Shown here: one piece after another, positions 17,020 to 28,366 of the stretch
Numbering within the stretch: the first letter of the stretch is position 1
How the letters are laid out: the number at the start of each line of letters is the position of its first letter
Origin: Xanthobacteraceae bacterium
GTDB lineage: Bacteria > Pseudomonadota > Alphaproteobacteria > Rhizobiales > Xanthobacteraceae
Direction: 5' to 3'
DNA length: 64,000 bases
Assembly (NCBI GenBank): GCA_019635635.1
Contig: JAHBZB010000002.1
Coordinates: 517,204 to 581,203, forward strand
Made by a program: the position numbers and the translations under genes
Notes under the pieces: model-generated
Seen by the model: only the letters and a program-made list of their open reading frames with translations
Told to the model about the DNA's origin: nothing
Databases searched by the model: none

Positions 17020-20000
17020 TTATTCCGCGGCGACGATCTTTTCCTCACCGCCGCGCTTGTTCTGCGGGACTTCTGGCTCTTTCTCGTTGATCGAGCGCGC
17101 GATCCGCTGATCGTACTTGTCGAGATACAGGTAAATCACGGGCGTGATATAGAGCGTCAGCAGTTGCGAGAGCAGCAGGCCGCCGACAACCGCGACACCG
17201 AGCGGCTGGCGCAATTCAGCACCCTCGCCCGCACCGAGCGCAATCGGCAGCGTGCCGAAAATCGCCGCCATGGTCGTCATCATGATCGGGCGGAAACGCA
17301 GGAGCGCCGCTTCGCGGATCGATTGCTCCGCGCTCATGCCGTGACGTCTTCGTTCGATCGCGAAGTCGATCATCATGATCGCGTTCTTCTTCACGATGCC
17401 GACCAGCAGCACGATGCCGATGATGGCGATCACCGAGAGGTCCATGCCAAACAGAATGAGCGTCAGCAGCGCGCCGATACCGGCCGACGGCAGACCCGAC
17501 AGAATCGTCAGCGGATGGATAAAGCTCTCATAGAGAATGCCGAGCACGATATAGATGACGAGTACCGCGGCGAGAATCAGGATCGGCTGGCTGGAGAGCG
17601 AGTCGCGGAAGGCCTGCGCGGTGCCCTGGAAGCCGGTGGAAATGCTGGCAGGCAGATTGGACTGGCGCTCGATCTGCTGAATCGCCTCGACAGCCGATGA
17701 AAGCGAAACGCCGGGCGCGAGGTTGAACGAGATCGTCACCGCGGGCTGCTGCTGTTGATGCGCGATCTGCAAGGGGCCGACCGTTCGGCGCACCGTCGCA
17801 ATGGCGTCGAGCGGCACGAGTTGGCCGGTCGATGCGCGCAGATAGGTGCGCGACAGATCCGTCTCGTCCCGCTGGAAGCGCCGCTGCACTTCGACGATCA
17901 CCTGAAACTGGTTGTTCGCCGTATAGAGAGTCGCGACCTGCCGCGTGCCGTATTGGCTATACAGCACGCTCCTGATCTGGTCGTCGCCGATGCCGAGCGC
18001 TCTCGCCTTCTCGCGGTCGATGTCGATGGTGAGCTGCGGATTGGTAATCTGGAGATCGGAGTTCACGTCGCGCAAAATCGAAAGCTGCGCGATCTTCTCT
18101 TCCATCTGCGGCGCGATGGTATAGAGCGTGTCGGTATCGGAGCTTTGCAGCGTATATTGATAGAGCGCGCGCGAGACAAAACCGCCGACGGAGATGTTCT
18201 GTACCGGCTGGAAATAGACGTTCACGCCGGGAATCTGCGCCACCGTGCGTCGCAGGCGCTGGAGAATTTCGTTCGCACTCTGGGCCCGCTCATGCCGCGG
18301 CCGCAGCGAGATAAACAGGCGCCCGGTATTCGTCGTGCGGCTGATACCGGTCGCGCCCGCGGTCGAGACGACATACGCGACATCTTTATCCTTTCGCACC
18401 AGCGCCGCGACCTTCTGCTGCCGCTCTGCCATCGCCTCGAACGAGGTATCGGTCGCCGCTTCAATCGTTCCTGAAATGAAACCGGTGTCCTCGATCGGGA
18501 AAAAGCCCTTCGGTACCCATGCATAAAGTCCAATGACGATGAAAAGCGTTGCAAAGGTAACGACCAGCGTCGCCGGGCGGTGGCGCAACACGAAGTCGAG
18601 CGTGCGCTGGTAAAGGTCGCGGGCGCCGTCGAACACGCGCTCGGAAATCTGCATGAAGCGGCCGGGCTTCTTGTCGTGATCGACGGGCTTCAACACGCGC
18701 GCGCAAAGCATGGGCGTAAGCGTCAGCGATACGAAGCCGGAGACGAGAATCGCGACCGAAATCGTCACCGCGAATTCGCGAAACACGCGACCGACCACCC
18801 CGCCCATGAACAGAACCGGGATGAAAACGCAGACCAGCGAAACCGTCATCGAGACGATGGTGAAGCCGATTTCGCGCGCGCCCGTGATTGCCGCCCGATA
18901 GGGCGGCATTCCATTTTCAATGTATCGGTAGATGTTCTCGAGCACGACGATGGCGTCGTCGACCACGAAACCCACGCACAATACGAGCGCGAGCAGCGTC
19001 ATGTTGTTGATCGAGAAGCCGAGCACATACATCGCGGCAAAGGTGCCGACGATCGACAGCGGCAGCGCGAGCGCGGGAATGAGCGTCGCCCGCCCCGAGC
19101 GCAAGAACAGGAAGATCACGAGGACGACCAGCACTACCGCCTCAAGCAAGGTGCGCTGCACGGCGCTCACCGAGTTGCGGATCGACACCGAGCGATCCAT
19201 CAGCACTTCGATGCCGATAGCGCCCGGAACGGAGGCGCGGAATTCCGGCAGGCGCCGCTTCACGCCGTCTACGACGTCGATCGTATTGGCATCGGGCTGG
19301 CGATAGATCGCAAGGTTGATCGAGCGCGTATCGTTGAACCAGCCGGCGATGCGCTCGTTCTCGACGCCGTTCTCGACAACCGCTATGTCGGAGAGCTTGA
19401 TCGGTGCGCCGTTGCGCCAGGCGACGATCAGATCCTTGTATTTACCTGCGTCCGCCTGCTGCGTGCCCATGTCGAGCGTGAGATTCTGCTTCGGTCCGGC
19501 GATCACGCCGAGCGGCGTGTTCGACGTCGCGGCGGCGATGGCAGCGTTTACCTCGGACAACGCGACACCGCGCGCGGCGATCGCTTCCGGATTGATGCGG
19601 ATGCGCAGCGCATACTTCTGTCCGCCGAAGACATTGACCTGCGCAACGCCCGTGATCTGCGAAATCTGCTGGCCGATCACCGTCTCGGCATATTCGTTGA
19701 CCACCGAAAGCGGCAGCGTGTCGGAAGTAAAACTCAGGAACAGCACCGGCGCATCGGCCGGGTTTACCTTGCGGAAACTCGGCGGCACCGTCATTTCGGT
19801 CGGCAGATTGCGCTGCGCGACCGAAAGTGCGGACTGCACATCGAGCGCGGCGGCGTCGATGTCGCGGTTCAGATCGAACTGGATCGTAATGGAAGTCGAG
19901 CCGGTCGTGCTCGACGAAGTCATCGAGGTAATGCCCGCGATGGTGGCGAGCTGTCGCTCGATCGGAGTCGCCACCGTCGCCGCCATGATTTCCGGGTTCG

Positions 20001-20160
20001 CGCCGGGAAGCGAAGCGGAAATATTGATGGTCGGAAAATCGACGCGTGGCAGCGCGGATACCGGAAGCAACCGGTAGCCGAACACGCCGGCCATGATGAT
20101 CGACACCATAAGAAGCGTCGTCAACACCGGCCGGCGAATGCATAACTCGAAGAAACTCAT
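17020..20160 (-). CDS. RND efflux transporter, inner-membrane permease (AcrB/MdtB/MdtC-like)
   Basis: 1046 aa 12-TM RND architecture with conserved motifs (FGYRLLPVSALPRVDFPTI, VVDDAIVVLENI). Confidence 0.95.
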   Translation of the reverse strand: MSFFELCIRRPVLTTLLMVSIIMAGVFGYRLLPVSALPRVDFPTINISASLPGANPEIMAATVATPIERQLATIAGITSMTSSSTTGSTSITIQFDLNRDIDAAALDVQSALSVAQRNLPTEMTVPPSFRKVNPADAPVLFLSFTSDTLPLSVVNEYAETVIGQQISQITGVAQVNVFGGQKYALRIRINPEAIAARGVALSEVNAAIAAATSNTPLGVIAGPKQNLTLDMGTQQADAGKYKDLIVAWRNGAPIKLSDIAVVENGVENERIAGWFNDTRSINLAIYRQPDANTIDVVDGVKRRLPEFRASVPGAIGIEVLMDRSVSIRNSVSAVQRTLLEAVVLVVLVIFLFLRSGRATLIPALALPLSIVGTFAAMYVLGFSINNMTLLALVLCVGFVVDDAIVVLENIYRYIENGMPPYRAAITGAREIGFTIVSMTVSLVCVFIPVLFMGGVVGRVFREFAVTISVAILVSGFVSLTLTPMLCARVLKPVDHDKKPGRFMQISERVFDGARDLYQRTLDFVLRHRPATLVVTFATLFIVIGLYAWVPKGFFPIEDTGFISGTIEAATDTSFEAMAERQQKVAALVRKDKDVAYVVSTAGATGISRTTNTGRLFISLRPRHERAQSANEILQRLRRTVAQIPGVNVYFQPVQNISVGGFVSRALYQYTLQSSDTDTLYTIAPQMEEKIAQLSILRDVNSDLQITNPQLTIDIDREKARALGIGDDQIRSVLYSQYGTRQVATLYTANNQFQVIVEVQRRFQRDETDLSRTYLRASTGQLVPLDAIATVRRTVGPLQIAHQQQQPAVTISFNLAPGVSLSSAVEAIQQIERQSNLPASISTGFQGTAQAFRDSLSSQPILILAAVLVIYIVLGILYESFIHPLTILSGLPSAGIGALLTLILFGMDLSVIAIIGIVLLVGIVKKNAIMMIDFAIERRRHGMSAEQSIREAALLRFRPIMMTTMAAIFGTLPIALGAGEGAELRQPLGVAVVGGLLLSQLLTLYITPVIYLYLDKYDQRIARSINEKEPEVPQNKRGGEEKIVAAE

Positions 20161-20162
20161 CG

Positions 20163-21314
20163 TTACGAGCCTGCCTGCCGGGTTTTGATATCGACGCGGC
20201 TTCCGTCACGCAACGACAGTTGGCCATCGGTCACTACCGTTTCGTCGCCGTTCAATCCTTCCGAAAGCACCGCCTCGCCATCGGCCGTGCGCAAAACTTT
20301 AACTGCCTTGACGCGCGCGACGTTGTTCTCGACGACAAAAACGAAATTTCCCTTCTGGCCGTTCTGCACAGCTTCGGCGGGAACCGTCACGAGATCCGGG
20401 TCAGTCCGCAGCGTCACGCGCACCGACGCGAGCGTGCCGGGCCACAGCTTTTCGTCAGCGTTCTGGAAGATCGCGCGAACGAGAATCGTTCCCGTCTGCG
20501 GGTCGACTGTATTCTCGATAAAAGCGACTTTGCCGCCGCTGAGCGTCAATTCATTCTGAAAGGCGATCTCGACGGTTGCCTTGTCACCCGCCGCGCGCAA
20601 CTCGGGGATGTAGCGCTCGGCGACACCGAACGCGACATAGATCGGCGCAAGCTGGTTGATGGTCGCAAGCGGCGTACCGGAATCCGCGGAGCGGACGATA
20701 GAGCCCTGACGCACGTTCGCGATACCGATGCGGCCGGTGATCGGCGCCTTCACATCATAATAGCTGCGCATCACCCGAAGATTTTGCAGGCTCGCTTCGT
20801 CCTGCGCGACGGTCGCTTTCAGAACCTCGACGTTGGTTTTCGCGTCGGCTTCCTGAACCTGCGAGAGCGTTCCCTTCGCAGCAAGACCGGCGACGCGATC
20901 GCGGTCGCGCTCGGCTTTTTCGAGTTGTGCCTTGTCGCGCGCGAGCGTCGCTTCGGCCTGCATGATCTGGGCGTCGATGGAGCGGCTGTCGAGCGTGAAA
21001 AGCAGATCGCCTTTGTTGACCTTCGCGCCGTCCTCGAAATGAACTTTCACGACCTGACTGTCGACGCGCGAGCGGATCGATACGGTCATCAGCGGCTGCA
21101 CCGTGCCGAGCGACTCCACGCGATAAGGCACATCTTTCTTCTGCGCCTTGCCGACGAGGACGGAAATCGCCGCGGGGCCTTTTTTCTTCTGCTGCGCGCT
21201 CTGCTCGCCAGAGCGGCCGAAAGTCCACCACAGTCCTGCGACGACGAGCGCCGCGCAGGCGGCGATCATCAGGTAGCCCGAGCGATTGAATTCAAGCTTT
21301 TTGGCCATTGGCAT
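20163..21314 (-). CDS. RND efflux periplasmic adaptor (membrane fusion protein, HlyD/MdtA-like)
   Basis: N-terminal anchor, coiled-coil hairpin and beta-barrel motifs. Only a 2 nt gap to the RND permease gene. Confidence 0.9.
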   Translation of the reverse strand: MPMAKKLEFNRSGYLMIAACAALVVAGLWWTFGRSGEQSAQQKKKGPAAISVLVGKAQKKDVPYRVESLGTVQPLMTVSIRSRVDSQVVKVHFEDGAKVNKGDLLFTLDSRSIDAQIMQAEATLARDKAQLEKAERDRDRVAGLAAKGTLSQVQEADAKTNVEVLKATVAQDEASLQNLRVMRSYYDVKAPITGRIGIANVRQGSIVRSADSGTPLATINQLAPIYVAFGVAERYIPELRAAGDKATVEIAFQNELTLSGGKVAFIENTVDPQTGTILVRAIFQNADEKLWPGTLASVRVTLRTDPDLVTVPAEAVQNGQKGNFVFVVENNVARVKAVKVLRTADGEAVLSEGLNGDETVVTDGQLSLRDGSRVDIKTRQAGS

Positions 21315-21497
21315 TCCGGCAGTTTTCGAATCCGCTACCGGTCAGCCAACCGGGCGGCTCATTTCTATCATTCTAAAAGATTTAGCGGGATTAACTTGCA
21401 GTAATTGTTACCGGCGTAGACGCGCGGAGCATGCCAGAAACGTTTGTGTAATCAAGGGCCTGGACATGCCCGGAACCCGCCCCGAGCGCAATATTTG

Positions 21498-22118
21498 TCA
21501 GCCCAGACCGCCGGCCTGTTCGATGAAACCGGCAATACGCTCAACGCCCTGCCCCGCCTTGAGGTTGGTAAATACAAAGGGCCGCTCGCCACGCATGCGT
21601 CTGGAGTCGCGGTCCATGACTTCGAGCGAAGCGCCGACCAGCGGCGCGAGATCGATCTTGTTGATGACCAGAAGATCCGAACGGGTGATGCCCGGGCCGC
21701 CCTTGCGCGGGATTTTCTCGCCGGCCGACACATCGATGACATAAATCGTCAGGTCTGCGAGTTCCGGAGAAAACGTCGCAGCGAGATTGTCGCCGCCGGA
21801 TTCGACCAGCACCAGATCGAGATCCGGAAACTTGCCGCGCATTTCCGAGATCGCGCGCAGGTTGATCGAGGCATCCTCGCGGATTGCAGTATGCGGGCAG
21901 CCGCCGGTCTCGACACCCATGATGCGCTCGGCGGGAATGACTCCGGTGCGCGTCAGTATCTCCGCGTCTTCTTTGGTGTAAATGTCGTTGGTGATCGCGC
22001 AAAGATCGTAGCGTTCGCGGAACGTCTCGCAGAGCCGTTCCATCAACATCGTCTTGCCGGAGCCAACCGGGCCGCCGATGCCGACGCGGAGCGGACCGCT
22101 TCTTTCAATCTTGCTCAT
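21498..22118 (-). CDS. ureG: Urease accessory GTPase UreG
   Basis: P-loop GGPVGSGKT and motifs ESGGDNL and NKIDLAP. Confidence 0.97.
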   Translation of the reverse strand: MSKIERSGPLRVGIGGPVGSGKTMLMERLCETFRERYDLCAITNDIYTKEDAEILTRTGVIPAERIMGVETGGCPHTAIREDASINLRAISEMRGKFPDLDLVLVESGGDNLAATFSPELADLTIYVIDVSAGEKIPRKGGPGITRSDLLVINKIDLAPLVGASLEVMDRDSRRMRGERPFVFTNLKAGQGVERIAGFIEQAGGLG

Positions 22119-22822
22119 GACCGGAACAGCCTCGTATATTGCGTTTCGTGTTTCATGCTCGCGATGTCGGAACGGATCGCCGCGCCGCCAACATCGTCGA
22201 GCGTCGATTTCTCGGCGCGCGCGGCAATCTCGCGGACGCGCGGCGTCAATGCCGCGACGATCCTGGTGCCATCGGTCTGGCCAAGCGGGATCAAACGCAC
22301 GGCTGCGGAAACGAAATTCGAGACAAGCGCGAGCAAAAAAGATTCGAGCGTTACGCGTAGCGGGATTTCATGCGCGGCGGAAGCAACGCCGACAGCGACC
22401 GGATAGGCTATTTCGCCTCCTATCACGCCTGCGACTTTCTCCAGCGCTTTATTCGGCCAAGCGGCGAGCACCGTATTCATGAATGCCTCGCCCTGCGCCA
22501 TGGCCTCCAGCTTGCGCTCGCGCGTGGGAGCGAGTGCCGCGGCGAATTCGGAAACGTCGCGCAGGGATTCATAGTCCTTTGCGCTCGCTGCGCGATGCGC
22601 AGCGGCTAACAAGACTGCGTCCGACCACGGGCCACCGCATTCGATCAGATCGGCGATCCACGCCTCCGTCGATTGCGCGTCGGTTACGTCGCCAGCCTCG
22701 AATGCCCATTCGATGCCGTGGCTGTATGCGAACGAGCCGACCGGGAACGCGGGCGAAAGCCACGCGAGCAACGGCAATGCGCCGTTCTCGTTTCCGGGTT
22801 TCGCCTTAGCGCTTGTGGGCAT
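22115..22822 (-). CDS. ureF: Urease accessory protein UreF
   Basis: UreF motif [24 protein letters not shown] at 22822 was chosen. The 75 aa N-terminal extension in the track is an out-of-frame reading of the ureE His-rich tail. Confidence 0.9.
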   Translation of the reverse strand: MPTSAKAKPGNENGALPLLAWLSPAFPVGSFAYSHGIEWAFEAGDVTDAQSTEAWIADLIECGGPWSDAVLLAAAHRAASAKDYESLRDVSEFAAALAPTRERKLEAMAQGEAFMNTVLAAWPNKALEKVAGVIGGEIAYPVAVGVASAAHEIPLRVTLESFLLALVSNFVSAAVRLIPLGQTDGTRIVAALTPRVREIAARAEKSTLDDVGGAAIRSDIASMKHETQYTRLFRS

Positions 22823-23417
22823 GGCCGTGGTGGTGGCCGTGATCGTGAGAATGGTCATGCGCATGATCGTGGCCGCAGCCGCAGTTCGGCCCGTGCTCAT
22901 GGTCGAGATGATGCGCGTGGTCGTGGCCGTGGTGATGATCATGCGAATGATCGTGATCATGATGGCCATGTGCATGCGCGGTTTCTTCCGCGTAGGCCCC
23001 GCCTTCGGGATCGAACGGCGCTTCGATACGCGAAACTTTCGCGCCAAGCTTCACCATCAACTCTTCCAGCACATGGTCGCGGCCAATGCGGATGCGATCT
23101 GCGAGAATCTGCGCGGGCACGTGACGATTGCCGAGATGCCAGGCAATGCGCGCGAGGTGATGCGGATCGCTCGCGGTGATTTCCACGATCGGCTCGGAAG
23201 CCGCGATTACGCGCACCACGCGACCGTCCTGCAATTTCAACCCGTCACCGTCGTGCAGCAAAGCCGCCTCCGCGAGATCGAGCAGAAACACGGTATCGCG
23301 GTTGCCGCGCATGGCGATGCGGCGGCGGTGACGGCCGTCATGCGGAAGTTCGATGGCATCGGCTTCGGCCGACTTGTTCCATTGACCGGCGGGAAGCACT
23401 TCGGTGGCGCGGATCAT
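22806..23417 (-). CDS. ureE: Urease accessory metallochaperone UreE with a long His-rich C-terminal tail
   Basis: UreE core ([13 protein letters not shown]) followed by about 55 aa rich in His/Asp ([20 protein letters not shown]...). Confidence 0.95.
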   Translation of the reverse strand: MIRATEVLPAGQWNKSAEADAIELPHDGRHRRRIAMRGNRDTVFLLDLAEAALLHDGDGLKLQDGRVVRVIAASEPIVEITASDPHHLARIAWHLGNRHVPAQILADRIRIGRDHVLEELMVKLGAKVSRIEAPFDPEGGAYAEETAHAHGHHDHDHSHDHHHGHDHAHHLDHEHGPNCGCGHDHAHDHSHDHGHHHGHAHKR

Positions 23418-23453
23418 TGCCTTACTCGCTACTTGTCTACCCGCGCTTATACA

Positions 23454-25160
<1,707 letters not shown>

Positions 25161-25176
25161 GGTGCGGCTCTCATGT

Positions 25177-25365
25177 TCAGCTCTCGCTGGTTTGCGGGAG
25201 CAGCTTCATATGTTTGCGCAGCACGACGCGACCGTCGTCCTGCAGCGTGAAATCGATTTCGTCTCCGGCATCCAGATCCCAGAGACGTCGAAGCACGACC
25301 GGCAATGTGACCTGCCCCTTCGAGGTGAGCGTCGCGCGGGCGCGATAATTCAGTTTGTGCGGCAT
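25177..25365 (-). CDS. AbrB/MazE/SpoVT-family DNA-binding domain protein (62 aa) between ureAB and ureC
   Basis: SpoVT-AbrB swapped-hairpin motif [34 protein letters not shown] upstream. No adjacent toxin gene. Confidence 0.7.
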   Translation of the reverse strand: MPHKLNYRARATLTSKGQVTLPVVLRRLWDLDAGDEIDFTLQDDGRVVLRKHMKLLPQTSES

Positions 25366-25418
25366 GGTTCGGCATCCTTCTTCCTGTAAGGAGAAAGTAA
25401 GGAGCCTGCGCGCTTATG

Positions 25419-25434
25419 GTTAACGGAAGCTTAA
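25419..25434 (-). promoter_or_regulatory. Perfect CtrA-box consensus (TTAA-N7-TTAAC on the minus strand)
   Basis: The minus strand reads TTAAGCTTCCGTTAAC immediately after the ureAB stop and 53 nt upstream of the AbrB-like start. Confidence 0.5.
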
Positions 25435-26079
25435 TCACAGCTTCCCCATCACGTCCTGCCGGAAGCCATAGACTTCGCGCTTGCCCGCCATGGCGACGAG
25501 CGTGACTTCGCGGCTCTGTCCCGGCTCGAAACGCACGGCGGTGCCCGACGCAATCGCGAGGCGCATGCCCCTGGTCTTCTTGCGGTCGAATTTGAGCGCC
25601 GGGTTCGTTTCGAAGAAATGATAATGCGAGCCTACCTGGATCGGGCGGTCGCCGGTATTTGCGACCTTGATCTTCAGGGTCGCGCGGCCTGAATTGAGTT
25701 CGATGTCGCCCTTGGCGGTGATGATCTCACCGGGCACGGGCTTATGCTTCTTCTTGTCTTTCTTCTTCGCGGCCGCAGCACGGATCGGATTGTGCACGGT
25801 GACGAGCTTGGTGCCGTCGGGGAACGTCGCCTCCACCTGCACGTCGTGGATCATCTCGGCGACACCATCCATTACCTGGCTCGCTTTGAGTACCTTGGCG
25901 CCGTCGCGCATCAACTGCGCGACCGTCCTGCCGTCGCGAGCGCCTTCGACCACGAAGTCAGTGATGAGCGCGATCGCCTCCGGGTGATTGAGCTTCACGC
26001 CGCGTTTCAGACGCTTGCGTGCGACTTCGGCCGCCATGGCGACGAGGAGCTTGTCTTTTTCTCTTGGCGTCAGGTTCAT
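25435..26079 (-). CDS. ureAB: Fused urease gamma+beta subunit (UreA-UreB)
   Basis: Residues 1-100 match UreA ([12 protein letters not shown]...VHNPIR). A Lys-rich linker [13 protein letters not shown] follows, then a full UreB (PGEIIT...[12 protein letters not shown]) in one ORF. Confidence 0.95.
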   Translation of the reverse strand: MNLTPREKDKLLVAMAAEVARKRLKRGVKLNHPEAIALITDFVVEGARDGRTVAQLMRDGAKVLKASQVMDGVAEMIHDVQVEATFPDGTKLVTVHNPIRAAAAKKKDKKKHKPVPGEIITAKGDIELNSGRATLKIKVANTGDRPIQVGSHYHFFETNPALKFDRKKTRGMRLAIASGTAVRFEPGQSREVTLVAMAGKREVYGFRQDVMGKL

Positions 26080-26091
26080 GCTTGCCTCGAA

Positions 26092-26940
26092 TTATAAAGA
26101 GTATGCGCGCGGCGGCGGCGTGCCGGCCGCTTCCAGCGCGGAAAGAACTGCGGCGCGGAGCGAAATCGAATCTTCCGCGAGAATGCGTGCGACCAGCATG
26201 CCTTCGAAGGTGCTTGCACCCGCCTCGATGCCTTCGCCGGTCAGCGCATCGCGCACCGCGTCCAGTTTAGCGGCCGCGTCGCGCGATACGCAGATCAAGG
26301 TGGCCATCGCGATCTTGCCGTTCATGGCCGCACGGCGATTCAGCGTCGTCTTAATGTCGCCGTCGAGGGTTAGTGCATCGGCAAAGATCAGCTTGCCGTC
26401 GCGGCGCACCTTCCAGCGGTCGCGCAGCAGACCGCGCTCGACCTTCTCGCCCATGGCATCGCGGCCGAACACGACCGCTTCGCAAATGCTGAGCGAACCA
26501 TCGGATGAAACATCCGCCTCGATCTCGCGCTCCACGCGCGCGCGGTCGAACAGAATCGTTTCCTGCGGCAGCCAGAACAACTCCGAGCCTGCTTCCGCCT
26601 TCAACGAAACCGAAATACGCGAGGTAAGGCCGTTGGAGCGGTAAATCTTCTCGGCGGCCTGACTGGTGATCGAGAGCGAAGCGTCTTCCCGGGTCTCGAC
26701 CTGAAATGCGAGCCGGTCGCCGCCGACGATGCCGCCAGCCGTGTTGATGAGGATCGCCTCCAGCCGCTCTCTGCGAATGCGCGGGAAGCGCACGCGCAGC
26801 GGACCGCTTTCGGCGATGTCTTCCGCAGCACTTCCCGAATCCGTATGCGCCACGACGAGCCGGAGCGCGCCGCTTGCGCGGATCGAGGCAGGCAGCGTCG
26901 CGGGGCTTGCTACCTCAGAGGGAAAGACGTTGACGGACAT
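26092..26940 (-). CDS. ureD: Urease accessory protein UreD
   Basis: UreD/UreH family motifs (ILINTAGGIVGGDRL, QAAEKIYRS). Confidence 0.9.
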   Translation of the reverse strand: MSVNVFPSEVASPATLPASIRASGALRLVVAHTDSGSAAEDIAESGPLRVRFPRIRRERLEAILINTAGGIVGGDRLAFQVETREDASLSITSQAAEKIYRSNGLTSRISVSLKAEAGSELFWLPQETILFDRARVEREIEADVSSDGSLSICEAVVFGRDAMGEKVERGLLRDRWKVRRDGKLIFADALTLDGDIKTTLNRRAAMNGKIAMATLICVSRDAAAKLDAVRDALTGEGIEAGASTFEGMLVARILAEDSISLRAAVLSALEAAGTPPPRAYSL

Positions 26941-27610
26941 CGGTCGACTGCATCATCGCGCGATCGCCGGAAAGAATGAACTGGCCGCGCTCCATGACTG
27001 CGAAAGTGTCCGCAAGTTCGGCGGCAAAGTCAAAATATTGTTCCACAAGCAGGATCGCGATGTCGCCCCGGTCGCGCAGATATTTGATGGCGTTGCCGAT
27101 GTCCTTAATGATCGAGGGCTGGATGCCTTCGGTCGGCTCGTCGAACACTATCAGCTTCGGGCGCATGACGAGCGCGCGGCCGATCGCAAGCTGCTGCTGC
27201 TGGCCGCCGGAAAGGTCGCCACCGCGCCGGCGGGTCATGCTCTTCAAAACCGGGAACAGCGAATAGACGTCCTCCGGAATGAAGCGGTTGGAGCGCTTCA
27301 GCGGCGCGAAGCCGGTTTGCAGATTTTCCTCGACGGTGAGCAGCGGGAAAATCTCGCGGCCCTGCGGCACGAAGGCAATCCCCATGCGCGCTCGGTCGGC
27401 GGCCGGAGTGCCGCTGATGTCGTTCCCGTCGAAGGTGATGTTGCCGTTCGCGATCGGCTGCTGTCCGACGATGGCGCGCAAGAGCGAGGTCTTGCCGACA
27501 CCGTTGCGGCCGAGCACACAGGCGACCTTGCCCGGCTCGACTTTCAGCGAGACGCCGCGCAGCGCCTGCGCCGCGCCGTAGTAAAGATCGATGCCATTGA
27601 CTTCGAGCAT
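26915..27610 (-). CDS. urtE: Urea ABC transporter ATP-binding protein UrtE
   Basis: Walker A GRNGVGKT, signature LSGGQQQQLAIGRAL, Walker B. Position in the urt cluster. Confidence 0.9.
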   Translation of the reverse strand: MLEVNGIDLYYGAAQALRGVSLKVEPGKVACVLGRNGVGKTSLLRAIVGQQPIANGNITFDGNDISGTPAADRARMGIAFVPQGREIFPLLTVEENLQTGFAPLKRSNRFIPEDVYSLFPVLKSMTRRRGGDLSGGQQQQLAIGRALVMRPKLIVFDEPTEGIQPSIIKDIGNAIKYLRDRGDIAILLVEQYFDFAAELADTFAVMERGQFILSGDRAMMQSTDVRQRLSL

Positions 27611-27613
27611 CCG

Positions 27614-28363
27614 TCAGCGCCCCAGATAAACTTCGATAACCCGGTCGTTCGCCGAGACCTGATCGATGTCGCCTTCGGCAAGCACCGAGCCTTCATGCAG
27701 ACAGGTCACGCGCACGCCCAGTTCGCGCACGAACACCATGTCATGCTCGACCACCACGACCGAGCGCTCCTTGTTGATCTCTTTCAGAAGCTCGGCGGTC
27801 TGATGCGTTTCGGCGTCGGTCATGCCGGCGGCAGGCTCGTCAACGAGCAGCAATTTCGGCTCCTACGCGAGCAGCATGCCAATCTCGAGCCACTGTTTCT
27901 GGCCGTGCGAGAGACCGCCCGCGAGACGGTTGCGGTGATCGCCCAGGCGCGTGACGCCGAGCAGTTCTTCGATACGTTTGGTTTCGCCCGCACTTTCCTT
28001 CCAGAAAAGATTCGAGCCGGGGCCGCGCGGGCCTGCGAGCGCAAGCACGAGATTGTCGTAAACCGTGTGATGCTCGAACACGGTCGGCTTCTGGAATTTG
28101 CGGCCGATGCCGAGGGTGGCGATGCTCGCTTCATCTAGCGTGGTAAGATCGACCTGTCCCTGCTCGAACAGGACATCGCCCGAGTCGGGCCGGGTCTTGC
28201 CGGTGATGACATCCATCATGGTCGTCTTGCCGGCGCCATTCGGACCGATAATAGCGCGCATTTCGCCCGGTTCGATAACCAGCGAGAGCTCGTTCAGCGC
28301 CTTGAAGCCGTCGAACGCGACCGAAACGCCGTCGAGGTAAAGAAGTGCGGAAGTGGTTTTCAT
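27614..28363 (-). pseudogene. urtD: Urea ABC transporter ATP-binding protein UrtD interrupted by a single in-frame TAG (plus-strand CTA at 27863-27865)
   Basis: The 166 aa ORF (Walker A GPNGAGKT ... signature LSHGQKQWLEIGMLLA) and the downstream ORF (EPKLLLVDEPAAGMT..., Walker B) are in the same frame, separated only by TAG. Confidence 0.85.
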
Positions 28364-28366
28364 GCG

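Noticed and set aside
22806-22990. Short-period repetitive DNA that could look like a repeat array or CRISPR
   Set aside because: The periodicity is codon-level (His/Asp/Gly codons) within the ureE reading frame. There is no repeat-spacer structure and no cas genes.
22823-23047. 75 aa N-terminal extension of ureF in the ORF track ([11 protein letters not shown]...[11 protein letters not shown]...)
   Set aside because: This is the ureE His-rich tail DNA read in another frame (Ile/Thr/Met repeats). The conserved UreF sequence begins right after the ATG at 22822.
25177-25365. Type II toxin-antitoxin module
   Set aside because: Only the AbrB/MazE-like antitoxin-type domain is present. The flanking genes are ureAB and ureC, with no room for a toxin ORF.
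27863-27865. Genome-wide reassignment of TAG (for example to Gln or pyrrolysine) as an explanation for the in-frame ambers
   Set aside because: TAG terminates several well-defined genes in this window at positions consistent with family lengths (ppx, and the 6853-7326 gene). There are no pyl genes and no CUA-anticodon tRNA here. Local nonsense mutation or isolated suppression is more parsimonious.
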